NCBI GenBank assembly: GCA_026770705.1
Contig: JANJGN010000032.1
Location: 16,554,001 to 16,618,000, forward strand
Direction: 5' to 3'
DNA: 64,000 bases
Origin: Isurus oxyrinchus
Taxonomy: Eukaryota
Positions 1-12,500 of the stretch are shown in pieces. The first letter of the stretch is position 1; every line of letters begins with the position of its first letter. The notes under the pieces are model-generated. The model ran no database searches and had not been told where the DNA came from. It saw only the letters and a list, made by a program, of their open reading frames with translations. Position numbers and translations under genes: made by a program.

Positions 1-423
1 TGGGAGGTGCCAGTTAATCAAATATGCCCATTAACTGAGATGTAATTGAGACTTATGGCATTTTCATCCAATGAGAGAGCTCCAGGGTGATCACGTGGGT
101 GTTGAGCTCTCGAGGGGTGTGGGAATGCACAAATCAAGTGTGCAGCACCGAGGGAAGATGTTGCTGCAGAGCAGTGCGAGGCTGAGACCAGAGCGAGGAC
201 AGGCCGCCAATAACTATTACATCTCCAATCAAAAAACAGACCTGACCCCCAGAATTCCAGTTAATAGCGTGCAGGATAATAGAAATGTTATTGTATTCTA
301 TCTTTGTTCATAAGTTAGATGGTTCTGGCAGTTAACTAATGGCGCTTACGGTTTAATATGCTGATCATTTTCAGGAACTCTATCTCTTCTCTTTGCTGGA
401 AATACAGTTAGTTTGCTGGCATA

Positions 424-641
424 AATAAAAACAAAAAACTGCGGATGCTGGAAATCCAAAACAAAAACAGAATTACCTGGAAAAACTCAGCAGGTCTGGC
501 AGCATCGGCGGAGAAGAAAAGAGTTGATGTTTCGAGTCTTCATGACCCTTCAGCAGAACTGAAGGGTCATGAGGACTCGAAAAGTCAACTCTTCTCCGCC
601 GATGCTGCCAGACCTGCTGAGTTTTTCCAGGTAATTCTGTT
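424..641. mobile_element. Palindromic Penelope-terminus remnant
   Basis: Inverted arms of about 90 bp; flanking repeat ttagtt(t/c)gctggcata at 408-423 and 642-657. Confidence 0.85.
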
Positions 642-1959
642 TTAGTTCGCTGGCATACTGGCGTGAAAGTAGCTTTTCATAGCTCGCATTGATGTGAGGC
701 TCTTTGCTAAACGTTCTTGGAACTCATTTCTTACACCCTCAGCTTCTAGAAGTTTTGTGTTTAGCTTTCTCCCTGTCTTAGTGGTGTTTGAAAGGCTTGT
801 TTAAAAAAAAATATAGATATGTGCTCAAAAGCTTACGATCAGTCCAACAACCATCTTCACTACGTGTGACCCTACTGATAGAACATGGTGGTAATCTCTT
901 GAGCAGATGAGTCCATTGGGGTTCTCATGTTCAAGGTCACAACAGTCAAGAGCTTGTACTTATTTTTGATGCAACTGCTAGTATGGGTGATCTTGCTGAC
1001 TGTGGTTTACCAGCCAGGTTGACCAAGGCAAGCTATCTTTAGGGAACATTTCTGAACACACTCCCTGTAATAATGTGATGAGCAGTTCCTAAACTGGCCT
1101 GCTCAGTATATGAGCTGTTGCCAGGTTACGCTGCTGCCTTCAAATCCCAGTGCAAAGTGATCAGTGACTCGCACTGTCTGTGCTTTGGCTTGTGACTGAA
1201 GACTCCCAACAATCTTTTATGGTTGTCCCCATCACCACAGGACATTGGAAAGAAGTAAAAGTGGTGCAAAAAAAAGTGGTGCAAAATGGTGCAAAAAAAA
1301 TGAAAAGCTGAGAAACGACTGCATATTGTTTTTGCAGGGGAGAAGCAGGTGCACCAAGGATGAATCCAATCCTTGGAGTGCCTTGGTTCAAGAAAAGCTG
1401 CTTCTCCAATACTGAGCTGTTCCCTATCATGTCATGGAGCACAGAAAGAAGTGATTTGTCCCATCCAGTCTGTGCCGGCTCTTTGAGCTATCCAGTTAGA
1501 TCCACTCCCCTCTTCTTTCCCCATAGCTCTAATATTTCGTTTTCAAGTATATATCTAATTTCCTTTGAAAGTTGCGAATTTACTTGCATTAGCTTTTCAA
1601 CTTGAGCACTCCCGACCTTAAATTGCTGTGTGAAAGAATTTCTCTTTGTTACACCCTGAATTTTTTGTATCTCTCTTGACAGAAACTTAGCCAGATTGGC
1701 AGATGCTACTTAAAGTAAAAAAAATACAAAATAATGGATTGTAGAATTATGAATGAGGAACAGAAACCTTTAATGGATTTTAAATTTGTAAAGATGCAGA
1801 AGGATTTTAATATACAGATAAATAGCCCATCAAAGGTATAGATGAACATGGTGAGGCCATTTTATATAAAAAAACGTACTTGGGGTAGTGGTGTCATATC
1901 TCGAATATAGAATACAAAAGTGTGGAGGTACTGTTGAACACGTGCAAGACCTTAAGTTG

Positions 1960-4305
1960 TAAGTTGCACAAATGTAGCAGCTGAACACTGAGTGCAGCGA
2001 GACAGTTCTTAAATCTGGACATTTGGTAAGTGAGGGAATTTTAAAGGTTGATCTCTTTAAGAAGTCTTGTCAAGTTTGCATTTAGCATTTAACTTAACTG
2101 TAACAGTGATTTGTAGTTTCTTTCAAACTTAGTGATAATCAAGGTCCCTGCTTAGAGGCAGCTACAGTGTAGTTAAACGCTTGGTCTAAATAGCCAAGTG
2201 GTTATGGTACTGGGTTTGTAACCCCAAGATCAAGAGTTCAAATCTCACAATGGCAAGCTATGAAACAATGTAACTTCATCTGAAACAGATGGAAACGGGT
2301 TTGTACTTGAAAGAGTTACAGTGTAGTTAATTGGATAGCTAGTTTGAACTGGTTCCCTAGCCAGCAGTAGGTGCTATAAATACAGGAGGTATAGCAGTCG
2401 CATGGAGGTGGAGATAGAGTGCAACGAGACTGAGTGATTAAATCCGTGAATTTGTTAAGTGAGGAAATTTGGTGCAGTTTGGAGGGAGAAGGTGCTATTC
2501 TGGCCTTTTATGAAAAAAGAAGTGATTCAAGAGAGGGAGCCAGAAATGGCGAGACCTGAGAACTGAAGCCTTGGTTTCATTTCATTTTGTATGAAGCCAT
2601 TAATTAGGTCCCATTAATTAGGTAGGCAGTTGGTTTGGTGAGTTTTTTTTCTGCTTTAAATGGAGCAGTAGTTTAAACTGTTACTGGGGGTAAAAAAGTA
2701 TTTTTAAATTTGTTACCTAACTAGTTAAAACTCCATAATATAATTACGAATAATCAGTGAGTGATATTCAAATTTGAAACCTAAGTGGTTAAATAGAAAC
2801 AAAATAGAGACGACAGGGCAGGCAATGTGTTGCAGCTGTAATATGTGGGATCTGATCAATACCTGTGTGATCCACAGCAACCACATCTGCAGTAAGTGCC
2901 TGCAGCTCAAGGAGCATCAGCTCAGAGTTGATGAACTGGAGACCAAGCTTTGGACATTGCAATGCATCAGGGAGAGCATAAGTTACCAAGGCAGTCACGC
3001 TCTTTAGGCATCGTATGTCTGACTTGGTTTGTGGTCAAGGACTGGAGGCTATGACTACAAGGAAGTCAGCATGGGGATCCAGAAGGTAACAATGGGGAAG
3101 CTTCAGCTCTTACAATCGTCCAACAGGTTTGAGGTTCTTGCAGTTTGTGTGGATGAGTGCAGAGACCACAGGGAGGTTGAGCAAACTGATCACAGTACTG
3201 TGGTGCTGGAGGCCATTCAAGTGTGAGGAGCAAAAAGGAATATCGTTGTAATATAGGACAGTACTGTTTGGGGGGGGTGGGGGGTGTGGTAGTCACTGTT
3301 CTCTATAGCTGAGAGTGAGAGTTCCGAAGGCTGTGATGCCTGCCCAGCGCCAGGGTTGAGGCCATCTCCTCAGGGCTCGTGAGGAACTTGGAGGAATGAT
3401 CCAGTTGTCGTGATCCACATGGACATGGGTAGGACTAAGAAAGAGGTTCTGCTGAGGGAGCATGAACAGTTGGGGACAAAATTAAAAAGCTGAACCACAA
3501 AGGTGGTAATCTCTGGATTACCACCTGAGCCACGAGCAAATGATAATGTGGGAAAATGTGAGGTTGTCCACTTTGGCAGGAAGAATAGAGAAGCAGAATA
3601 TTATTAGAATGGAGAGAGGCTGCGGTACAGAGGGATCTGGGAGTCCTTGTTCATGAATCACAAAAAGTTAGCATGCAGGTACAGATTAGGAAGGCAAATG
3701 GAATGTTGGCCTTTATAACAAGTGGTGTGGTGTGGAATGTAAAAATAAGGAAGTCTGTACAGGGCATTGGTGAGATGGCACCTGGAGCACTGTGTATAGT
3801 TTTGTTCTCTTTACTTTAGGTGGGCTGCTTGTATTGGAAGCAGTTCAGAGAAGGTTCGCTAGGCTGATCCTGGAATGAAGGGATTGTCTTATTAGGAAAA
3901 GTTGAGCAGATTGGACCTATACTCATTGGAGTTTAGAAGAATGAGAGGTGATCTTACTGAATTGCATAAGATTCTGAGGGGACTTTACAGGGGGCTGAGA
4001 GGATATTTCCTCTCTTGTGAGAATCTAGAATGAGAGGGCACAGTTTAAAAATATGGGGTCGTCCATTTAAGACGGCGATGAGAAATTTGGGGTCTTTGGA
4101 ATACTCTTCCACACAGAACAGTGGAAGCTGGGTCATTGAACATATTTGAGGCTGAGTTAAACAGATGTTTGATTGACAAGGGAGTCGAGAGTTATGGGGA
4201 ACAAGCAGGAAACTGGAGTTAAGGCCACAGTCAGATCAGCCATGATTTTGTTGAAAGGCTGAGCAGGCTCGATGGACCAAATGGCCTATTCCTCCTCTTT
4301 CTTAC
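1960..4305 (+). mobile_element. CR1 LINE: 5' UTR and ORF1 remnant (zinc finger/leucine zipper, esterase) joined to an RT C-terminal/3' fragment
   Basis: CCSCNMW...HICSKCLQL...RVDELE; SNRFEVL; IGQY (decayed GDS); from 3541 typical CR1 RT sequence (KCEVVHFGRKN) and 3' UTR. Confidence 0.85.
2177..2316 (+). mobile_element. Short tRNA-derived SINE with 14-bp TSD, nested in the CR1 5' UTR
   Basis: A box TAGCCAAGTGG, B box GAGTTCAAATC; tacagtgtagttaa at 2163-2176 and 2317-2330. Confidence 0.75.
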
Positions 4306-4859
4306 AAATCACAAATTAAGCATTGTGTGCAGTTTTAGCCAACCCATTATCAAAAGGATATAGTAGCAATAGGAAAAATTGCTGTATAAATTTACTAGAA
4401 TGTTACCTGGACTGATGGATTATACTTATGAGGAAAGATTTGTTAGGCCTCCACTGTGACCTGGATTTAGCACTGTATCCACTATTTGCACTACTTTGAA
4501 TGTTTGAGTTTAAGTTTCTTGCATGAAAAGCAGCACTGTTGGTGATTGTTTCAATTTAGTTGGTGACTTGCAAAGCTATTTTGGATCAGCTGTATATGAT
4601 TTTAGATTCTGACAGAGAATGCCTTAAAACTCTGTAGCATTTTATCTATGATCACTTCCCACTCTTTCATTGTTTCGTCTGCTGCCACAGGATTCAGAAC
4701 AAGAATGTTGTCTCCAAACACACATCTGCTTACAAACCCCAGTTATATCTCGTGCAGCAATTTAGACAGTCTTGACAGTTACTTATGGATCAGGAATAAA
4801 AAGCAAAAGGATGGTTGAGTGCATCTGACACAGCTACTGTCCATGAAGGACCTGTCTGA

Positions 4860-5110
4860 TAGCTGAGGTGGGTGTTAAAAGATCCTGTGAAGAGCAAGGA
4901 ATCCTCTGATGCCTTGGCAACATTCCTCGCTTAACACCATCAAAAAAAGAATAACATGTCATTTATCTGTGCTGTTTGAGAGGTCTTGCTGGGTGCAAAA
5001 TTACTTCTGGGTTTTCATATATAGGTACTTCATAGTAATTCATTTTATGTGAAAATATTTAGGAGGTTTCTGAGTGCATAGCAAAGGACTATATAAATGC
5101 AAGTTATTTT
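4860..5110 (+). mobile_element. Degenerate Deu-domain SINE (SacSINE1/AmnSINE1-like) 3' part
   Basis: gtgttaaaagatcc..gaagagca..gctgtttg..cttgctg..gcaaa..ctatataaatgcaag resembles the recalled DeuSINE body and tail. Confidence 0.6.
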
Positions 5111-6432
5111 AATCTTGCAAGGAAGAGCAGCAGGTGCCAAGTTAAGTGTCATTTTACCTATTTCATAGCTGCTTCCTGGATATTTCTCAATCAGGTTCAA
5201 ATTATGACAAATACAAGATTACCGCTTGTAGCACTAAGAATGGCAACAACTTTGGCAGACTAATGCTAACAACTTGTGTTACGGTTCTTAAGCAGGAGCT
5301 TCCCTCATCCTAAATCACTTCCACTTGGGTGTGCTTCTGTGGTGTGTGGAGGAATGCAAGGAAGAAGATAGATTATTTACCGAGTAGGGCCACCTTCATT
5401 CTTTGTGTATCCTCCAGTCACTTGAAGGCACCCACCCATCTATCCAGGCAGGCAAGAGTATATTTGGTGGTGGAAGGGGAGGTAGCGTTGGGTTTAGTTA
5501 GTTTTATTTTGGCTTCAGGTTTAAATGAGTTGGTGCAATTGTGCAAGCCCTAGCATTTTATACAATGTGGAATTAAGAGGTAGCCTGCAGCACCATCTAT
5601 CTGCAACATTATGACAACATTTTCATGTGATTGTCCAGCATGTGGTTTCCTCGGAACCCATCAAGGTAGGCTATACTCCTGTTGTATGTGAAGGATGAAC
5701 GCCATTTGAACAACGAAGATGATCCTACCAGGTAGGTAATCTATCTTGATCTTGGCCATCACCTCCTTCCTCTCTTCTCCCTCTCCACTTGGACTGGTTT
5801 TCGTTTCATAGGATGTATTTTGAATGTAAGCCTGTCAGCAGTACTTTATCTCAATTGTAGGGCAATTACATGTATTTTCATTTAGACAAACTTCTTAATT
5901 AGGAAAGGAAATTAATGACGTCCTCTGCCATGTGATATGGATGTATTGAAGCATGTTTAAACTTGGTGTGTTGTACAGTTTGAAAATTACTATCTGGTAG
6001 TGAGTATTTAAATTTTACTGAATGCACCAGGATTAATACCTGAAGTGGGAAATCTGCTGATCTCTAGATTCATTCAATGGCTATATCATCTGAGCAGGTT
6101 TTTTGGTTTAAAAAATTTAACATACCAAATCTTAAATCTGCATTTCACCTGTATAAGTTCAAAGTTCAAAAGAATTATATTTTATAGTGTTTAATTCTCT
6201 CCTCTACCCCCAACCCTCCTGTGGTATAAAAGCATTCCCTTTTGAGATTTTACAAATTGTGCAAAACACCAAATTTCACAACATAACACCTAGCATTTAG
6301 TAATATGTATTTAAAGCCAAGTGACAGAATTAAACTTGTTAATTGCTTCTCATTTCAAGGGCTCAATTTTTCTAAGAAAAGTTCTAAGGTGCTGCATTTT
6401 GAACAGTTTTACCAGATTCTCTCTCTTTGTAG

Positions 6433-6556
6433 ATTTGGATAAATTTGCAGCCGATGATATCATGGATCCCATTGCCAAGGCAAAAATGGTGGCATTGAAG
6501 GGAATTAAAAAGGTCATGGCACAAGGAAACATCACTGTAGCACCAGGGATGAATAG
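6433..6556 (+). CDS. KMT2D: KMT2D exon (DLDKFAADD...APGMNR)
   Basis: tttgtag acceptor, gtaggt donor, phase 1 to 2; conserved peptide. Confidence 0.95.
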
Positions 6557-9500
6557 GTAGGTTTTACTGTCATTTTTTTGCAAAATCAATGAAAACAATA
6601 GAAAAACAGAGATTTAGATAAAGGTAATCCAGACAAATGAAAATGCTATATATAATCCAGAGTGGGAATTGTGAATTGGTGAAAATCAGATTTAAACTTA
6701 AAAGAATTCTTGAGTTTTTAATTTTAAAATTAATAAACTGTAGCAGATGAAAAGTCACTTGTCAGATGTTCATGATTAATCATTTTTTTTATGGATGTTT
6801 AGACAGCAGGTTTCATTGTTGGCACAAAGGTTGGCTGGTGCTCCAGGAACAAATGAGGCACAGACTAAATTGCCACCTGGAAACAGTCAGGTACTTAAGA
6901 CTCTTTAAAACTGGCTCAGGGTTATGTTTCTTCATTTCTGCTGCATTTTTCTAATTGTATGCCACATACAGTTGAAGAACCAAAACTAACAGCTCATGCT
7001 AAAAACATCACTGAGGAAGGACCTTTGACAGCTATAACTCCGGATAAAGGTTAAAATGTGGGGAGAAAGAGAAAAACACAAGGGGTGGGAGAGTAGGCAG
7101 TTGCACAGACAACATTAGCAGATGAGTAGAGAGATGGTTGCAGGGGCAGAAAGACAGCACACAGTGGCTTAGGAGTGGGAGAGAGGCAGGCTGTGGTGTG
7201 GGAAGAGTGAGAAACAGGAGTGTTGCATCAGACAGACAAATGGTGTGGGGAAGAGAGAAATAGACTTATTTTACAGACTACTGATTTATATCACTTCCGG
7301 TAATATTGGTATGGACATTTTGCTTGAAAAATGCCAGTGAATGCAGGCTTAAAAAATTGCAATGCAATGTTTTTGTTCCAGAGCTTTTAGGGGTGTCATT
7401 CATCTACATGGGATGTTTTCAGCAGCAGCCCCTTGTAGGAGATGCAAGAGCTTTTAACGGTTCTTGCTCCCCTCCAGAACTTATGAAATACTACCCATTT
7501 AAAACATTTTTACAGCCTTTTCAACTGGGCCTTCTCTGCTGCCTGCTTGTTCACCACTTTGCACTGTGTAACTTCTGGCTGGTGCCACTGCTGAGTTTCA
7601 GTATCTTGCCACTCCCAGATCTGGGCCTATGCATGAATTCCATCAGTGGCCCTGGATTATTTCCAACCTCCATCAGTGTTCCAGCCTCCGTCTCCCCAAT
7701 AAGTGCTCCCACCACCCAGTTCTCCTCCAGACTTCCACACCTCAGCCCACTGCACTGGTTCCATATCCCAACTGTGCATTCAGTTCTTTGATATTTTGTG
7801 CTGCCGGCCCTCTCCGAGACTACCCACAGATTCCATTGTTGCCTATTTCCCTTACTCGAGTCACCAGCTTCATAAAGTGGTTACAGCACAAAGGCCATTT
7901 GGCCTCTTGTGTCAGTGCCAGCTCTCTTCCTGAATCCTCCTGTTCTTCAGACTCTCTCCTTTAGAGTGCTCTTGCCTTTGCCACTCCTTGAGTTTGCACA
8001 CGCCCCAGGACTATGTCTTCTCCATGTATCAACCCCAAACTTCTTCGAGACTTCCATTCAGAATCTCGTTTAAGGATTGCCAGACTCCAGTGCTCTTAAC
8101 CCTTTAATATTTGTTTTTCTTGGGCCTAGCCATTGTCCCACTTGCTTTTCAGCCACAGCCTACCTGCTCCCTTTCACAATCCAACTTCACCTTTCTTCCG
8201 GCCACAATGCATGCCCCACCCAATCCAAATTTCTCCTAGCCTGCCCCTCTGCCCCACTTTCTCTCTCAACCCACCATGCAGCACCTTTCCAACGGCCTCA
8301 TCCCATCCCCACCCTCAAATGTTGCTTCCTGTATTCCTGCATCCCTGCATCCCCTGGATCTTTTATTTATAAAAAAAAATGTAAATGGTGTTACAAAATG
8401 GATATTCAATACATCAGTCAAAAGTTATTTGGGACATACAGAGGAGAGATCTACAGATAGAATAAGACGGCACTGGTCGGTAAATAGTTGTACAGTAATT
8501 TTAAAAAAGTATATTGCAGCTACAGAGAGAAAAGGAAGATGAAGATAGTGCTAAACAGAATTAGAGAACTGTACAAAAAGAGTTTGCTCCCCTCGACATT
8601 CTCTTAACATGCTACAGTGAAATATTACAGATACTTATTCTGAATATGTTTGTGTATAAACTGATTTTGCATCAGTCTGAATCCTTTAATGATTGTAACG
8701 TTTTCTATTTTCCAGCAGGAGGCTAATAGTGACCAAATGCAGACTCGGCCAAATCCGCCAACCTTTGTACAAGGGTTTATCAGTAAGTCTTCAGCTTACT
8801 TGATTAGCGAACTGACGGTATGGTTTTGCTGTTCAGACCTTTTTTAAAATCTAGATGTAATGTTAATGCATACTGTATGACTAAGCATGTTGATTTGGAA
8901 AATGAGAGCTTTTTTACTAATATAATTTCTTTCAGGCCCTCAGTCTCACTGGTCCTTTGGCTCCCCAATATTTCAGGGAGGTTTTTTTGTATCTTCCTCT
9001 ATGAAGACAGACACAGTAATTATTTAGTTTCTCAGCCATTTTCTTATTACTCATAAGTTTTCCATTCTCTGCCTGTAATTAACCCACATTTTCCTTTCCT
9101 TACCTTTTCCTTTTTACATACCTATAGAAGCTTTTACAGTTCATTTCTATATTCCTCACCAGTTTACTTTCATATTTTATTTTCTCTCTCTTTATCAATT
9201 TATTGGATCTCCTTTGCTGAATTTTAATGTTCCTAATCCTCAGGTTTACTACTTTTGTTAGAAACTTTATAAGCCTCTTCCCTTGATCTAATACAATCTT
9301 TAACATCTCTTGTTAGCCATGGTTGGATCACTTTTCCTGCTTTTTTATGCCTTAAAGAAATGTAAATTTGTTGCAAACCATGTAATAAGTCTTTAAATGC
9401 TAGCCATTGTCTGTCTACCATCATACCTTTTAATGCAGTTCCCCAATCTACCTCAGCCAACTTGCCCCTTGTTCCATCGTTGTTTCCTTTGTTTAAATTA

Positions 9501-12500
9501 AAGGCCCTAAAACTTCGTGTAAGATTCTGTAATATTATGGTCACTCTTCCCTGAAGGCTCCTTTGCAACAAGATTATTGATTAGCCTTTTCTCACTGCAC
9601 AATATTAGATCTAAAATAGCCCATTTTCTAGTTCGTTCCTCAACATTCTGTTCTAGAAAACCATTGTGTATACATTTCAGGAATTTGTCGTCCTCTGCAT
9701 TAGTGCTAATTAAGTTTACCCAATCTATATGTAGATTGAAGTCCCCATGATCATGCTATTACATATGTTACATGCGTCTAATTTCCTGATTTATACCATG
9801 CCTTTCATTACCATTGCTATTTGGTGGCCTATAAACAACTTTTACCAATGTTTGCTGCCCCTTGCTGTTTCTTAGCTCCACCCAAACTGATTCTACATCT
9901 TGATCTTCTGATCTAAGATCCTCTCACACTGATGTACTGACTCCATCCTTTATTAACAATGCGACACCACCTCCTTTTCCTATTTGCCTATCCTTCCTGA
10001 ATGCTGAATACCCTTGAACTTTCAGTTTCCAGCCTTGGTTACCCCGCAGCCACATCTCTGTAACTAACTGACTTTTATATACAAAGTAGCAAAGTTAAAT
10101 TTGTTTAAAGTTTTCATTTATAGGCATGTTCAGTAATAGCCTTAAGCTGAAAAGTTCAGCAGACTGCCAATCAACCAATTGAGGTAATCAACAATTCACT
10201 GATAAATGTTTGCTGTTGATGTCATGGTATGGTTCTCTGTCCTTGCCCAAAGCTTGCTAATTATTTCAGCTTAGGGCTTTAAGATAGATTTACAGTATAC
10301 TTAATGGGCAAATCCTGCAAACTTACTGGCAAAGCTGTAATTTCTGCTTGCCAAAATTGACCATGACTTGTCACTATAGCTGTCATTTGTTCAGTAAATC
10401 ATTCTGTTCTGGAATAAATGTAATCTTAGTTCAATTTGTTGGGCTGTCGTATTAGTGATATGGTCCTGTTTTCTTTTATGGTAATAACACTTAACCTGCA
10501 GAAGTTCAACCAGTGGAAACGGCTGGGAAATTTCCCCATACAATCAGTGTTCAATTTTATCTGGAGCAAAATTCCAATTGTAAAGTTTCGTGAATCTTCA
10601 GTCACCTAGGTTCCAGGTGTTGCAGTGGGTTCACACAGCCCTGCCCTTTTTGGGTTCACATCTAGTCCCAAATGATGGGATAACAATGTCTCTCCTATCT
10701 TCCATCTTTGAGTCTGTTGTGAGCAGTTTCAACCCAGCTCAAAGCCAACACAGAAATGCCCCTGAATCGGGACGGGGAACTGGTATGGAAAATGATAAAT
10801 TGGCGCAGGTAGCGCTGCTCTTTTAAGATTGATGCTGGAGAGACGTGAACTTGACTGAGTCCATGGGAAAAAGTTTGACTTCCAAGCAGTGGGATGTATC
10901 CACAAAATGACAAATGAAACCTTGTTAAAAGATAAAATCCTAAAATATTATGCACCTATACAATGCTAGGAGGAAAAAGAATTGCAAATGTGTCTGATAC
11001 ATTCTTTGTGTCAATCCCATTCATACATTGAAATCTTACACATTTAAAAATATTTGCATTTTTGACCAGCTCTCAAATTAAACAACCATGGAGATGATTG
11101 CATTGATGTGGGTGTTTCTGCCTCCACAGTGACTTTTCATGATGTATATTTTACAAATGGGAGAACTATTAACAATGCTTAACCATATCTTTTTTTTAAA
11201 GCTATTCACAAAATGTTTAATTGAACAAATTTTCATCCTTTGTTAATTTGAAGGAGCTAAATCTATGTCTTGTATAACTACTTTCAAATGACTGTTTGAA
11301 AATTGCACACTAGAAGATCTTAACATTTTGAATATGTCAGTTGTATTATTTGCCTACTTGTGTTTGGTTCTTGTGTTCTAGATGAGGCAGAGCACCGTCA
11401 ATATGAAGAATGGCTCCTCCATACACAGCAGCTGCTTCAAATGCAGCTGAAATTTTTAGAAGAGCAGATTGGTGTCCATAGGAAGTCCAGGAAAGCACTA
11501 TGTGCCAAGCAACGGACAGCCAAGAAGGCCGGACGCGAGTTCCCTGAGGCAGACGCAGAAAAACTTAAGCGAGTTACAGAGCAGCAAAGTAAAATCCAGA
11601 AACAACTTGACCAGGTAGGGTTTAGAACATAAATCTTGAGACTTTCAAGACTCAAGCTTGGTTTTTCCTAATAAAACTGCTTGCAGTACCTCAATTTTTT
11701 ATCTTTAGTAGTAGTGCCACTATAACAGGTAGTATAACAGGTCTACTTGGATTTCAGCAAGGCTTTTGATAAGGTTCCGCATGGGAGACTGATAACGAAG
11801 GTAAGAGCCCATGGGATCCAAGGCAATTTGGCAAATTGGATCCAGAATTGGCTGAGTGGCAGGAAGCAGAGGGTGATGGTCGAGGAGTGTTTTTGTGTCT
11901 GGATGCCTGTGTCCAGTGGGGTTCCACAGGGATCGGTGTTGTGTCCCTTGCTGTTTGTGGTATATATAAACGATTTAGACTTGAATGTAGGAGGGTTGAT
12001 CAGTAAGTTCGCGGATGACAGGAAAATTGGTGGGGTGGTAAATAGTGAGGAGGATAGCCTGAGATTACAGGAGGATATAGATGGGCTGATCAGTGGCAAA
12101 TAGAATTTAATCTGGATAACTGTGAGGTGATGCACTTGGGCAGGACAAACGAGGCACAGGAATACATGATGAATGGTAGGACCCCGGGAACTACCAAGGA
12201 TCAGAGGGACCTTGGTGTGCATGTCCACCGGCCCCTTAAGGTAGCAGAACAGGTATATAAGGTGGTTAATAAGGCATATGGGACACTTGCCTTTATTAGC
12301 TGAGGCATAGAATATAAGAGCAGGGAGGTTATGCTGGAACTGCATAAAATGCTGGTTAGGCCACAGCAAGAGTATTGTGTGCAGTTCTAGAATCCGCATT
12401 ATAGAAAGGATGTGATTGCACTGGAGAGAGTGCAGAGGAGATTTACCAGGATGTTGCCTGGGCTGGAGAGTTTTAGTTATGAGGAGAGATTAGATTGACT

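Noticed and set aside
1-296. Possible end of a DNA-transposon remnant at the window start
   Set aside because: Only one end is visible and it is too degenerate to support a call.
2185-2255. Functional tRNA gene
   Set aside because: The acceptor stem does not pair and the sequence sits inside a TSD-flanked insert; better read as a SINE head.
5639-5731. Possible cryptic exon (ccag ... gtaggc at 5666 or gtaggt at 5732)
   Set aside because: Weak pyrimidine tract, no homology, and the longer form contains a stop; no support without RNA data.
7300-8460. Cluster of 80-160-aa ORFs in pyrimidine-rich sequence
   Set aside because: No recognisable protein; composition suggests decayed repeat sequence.
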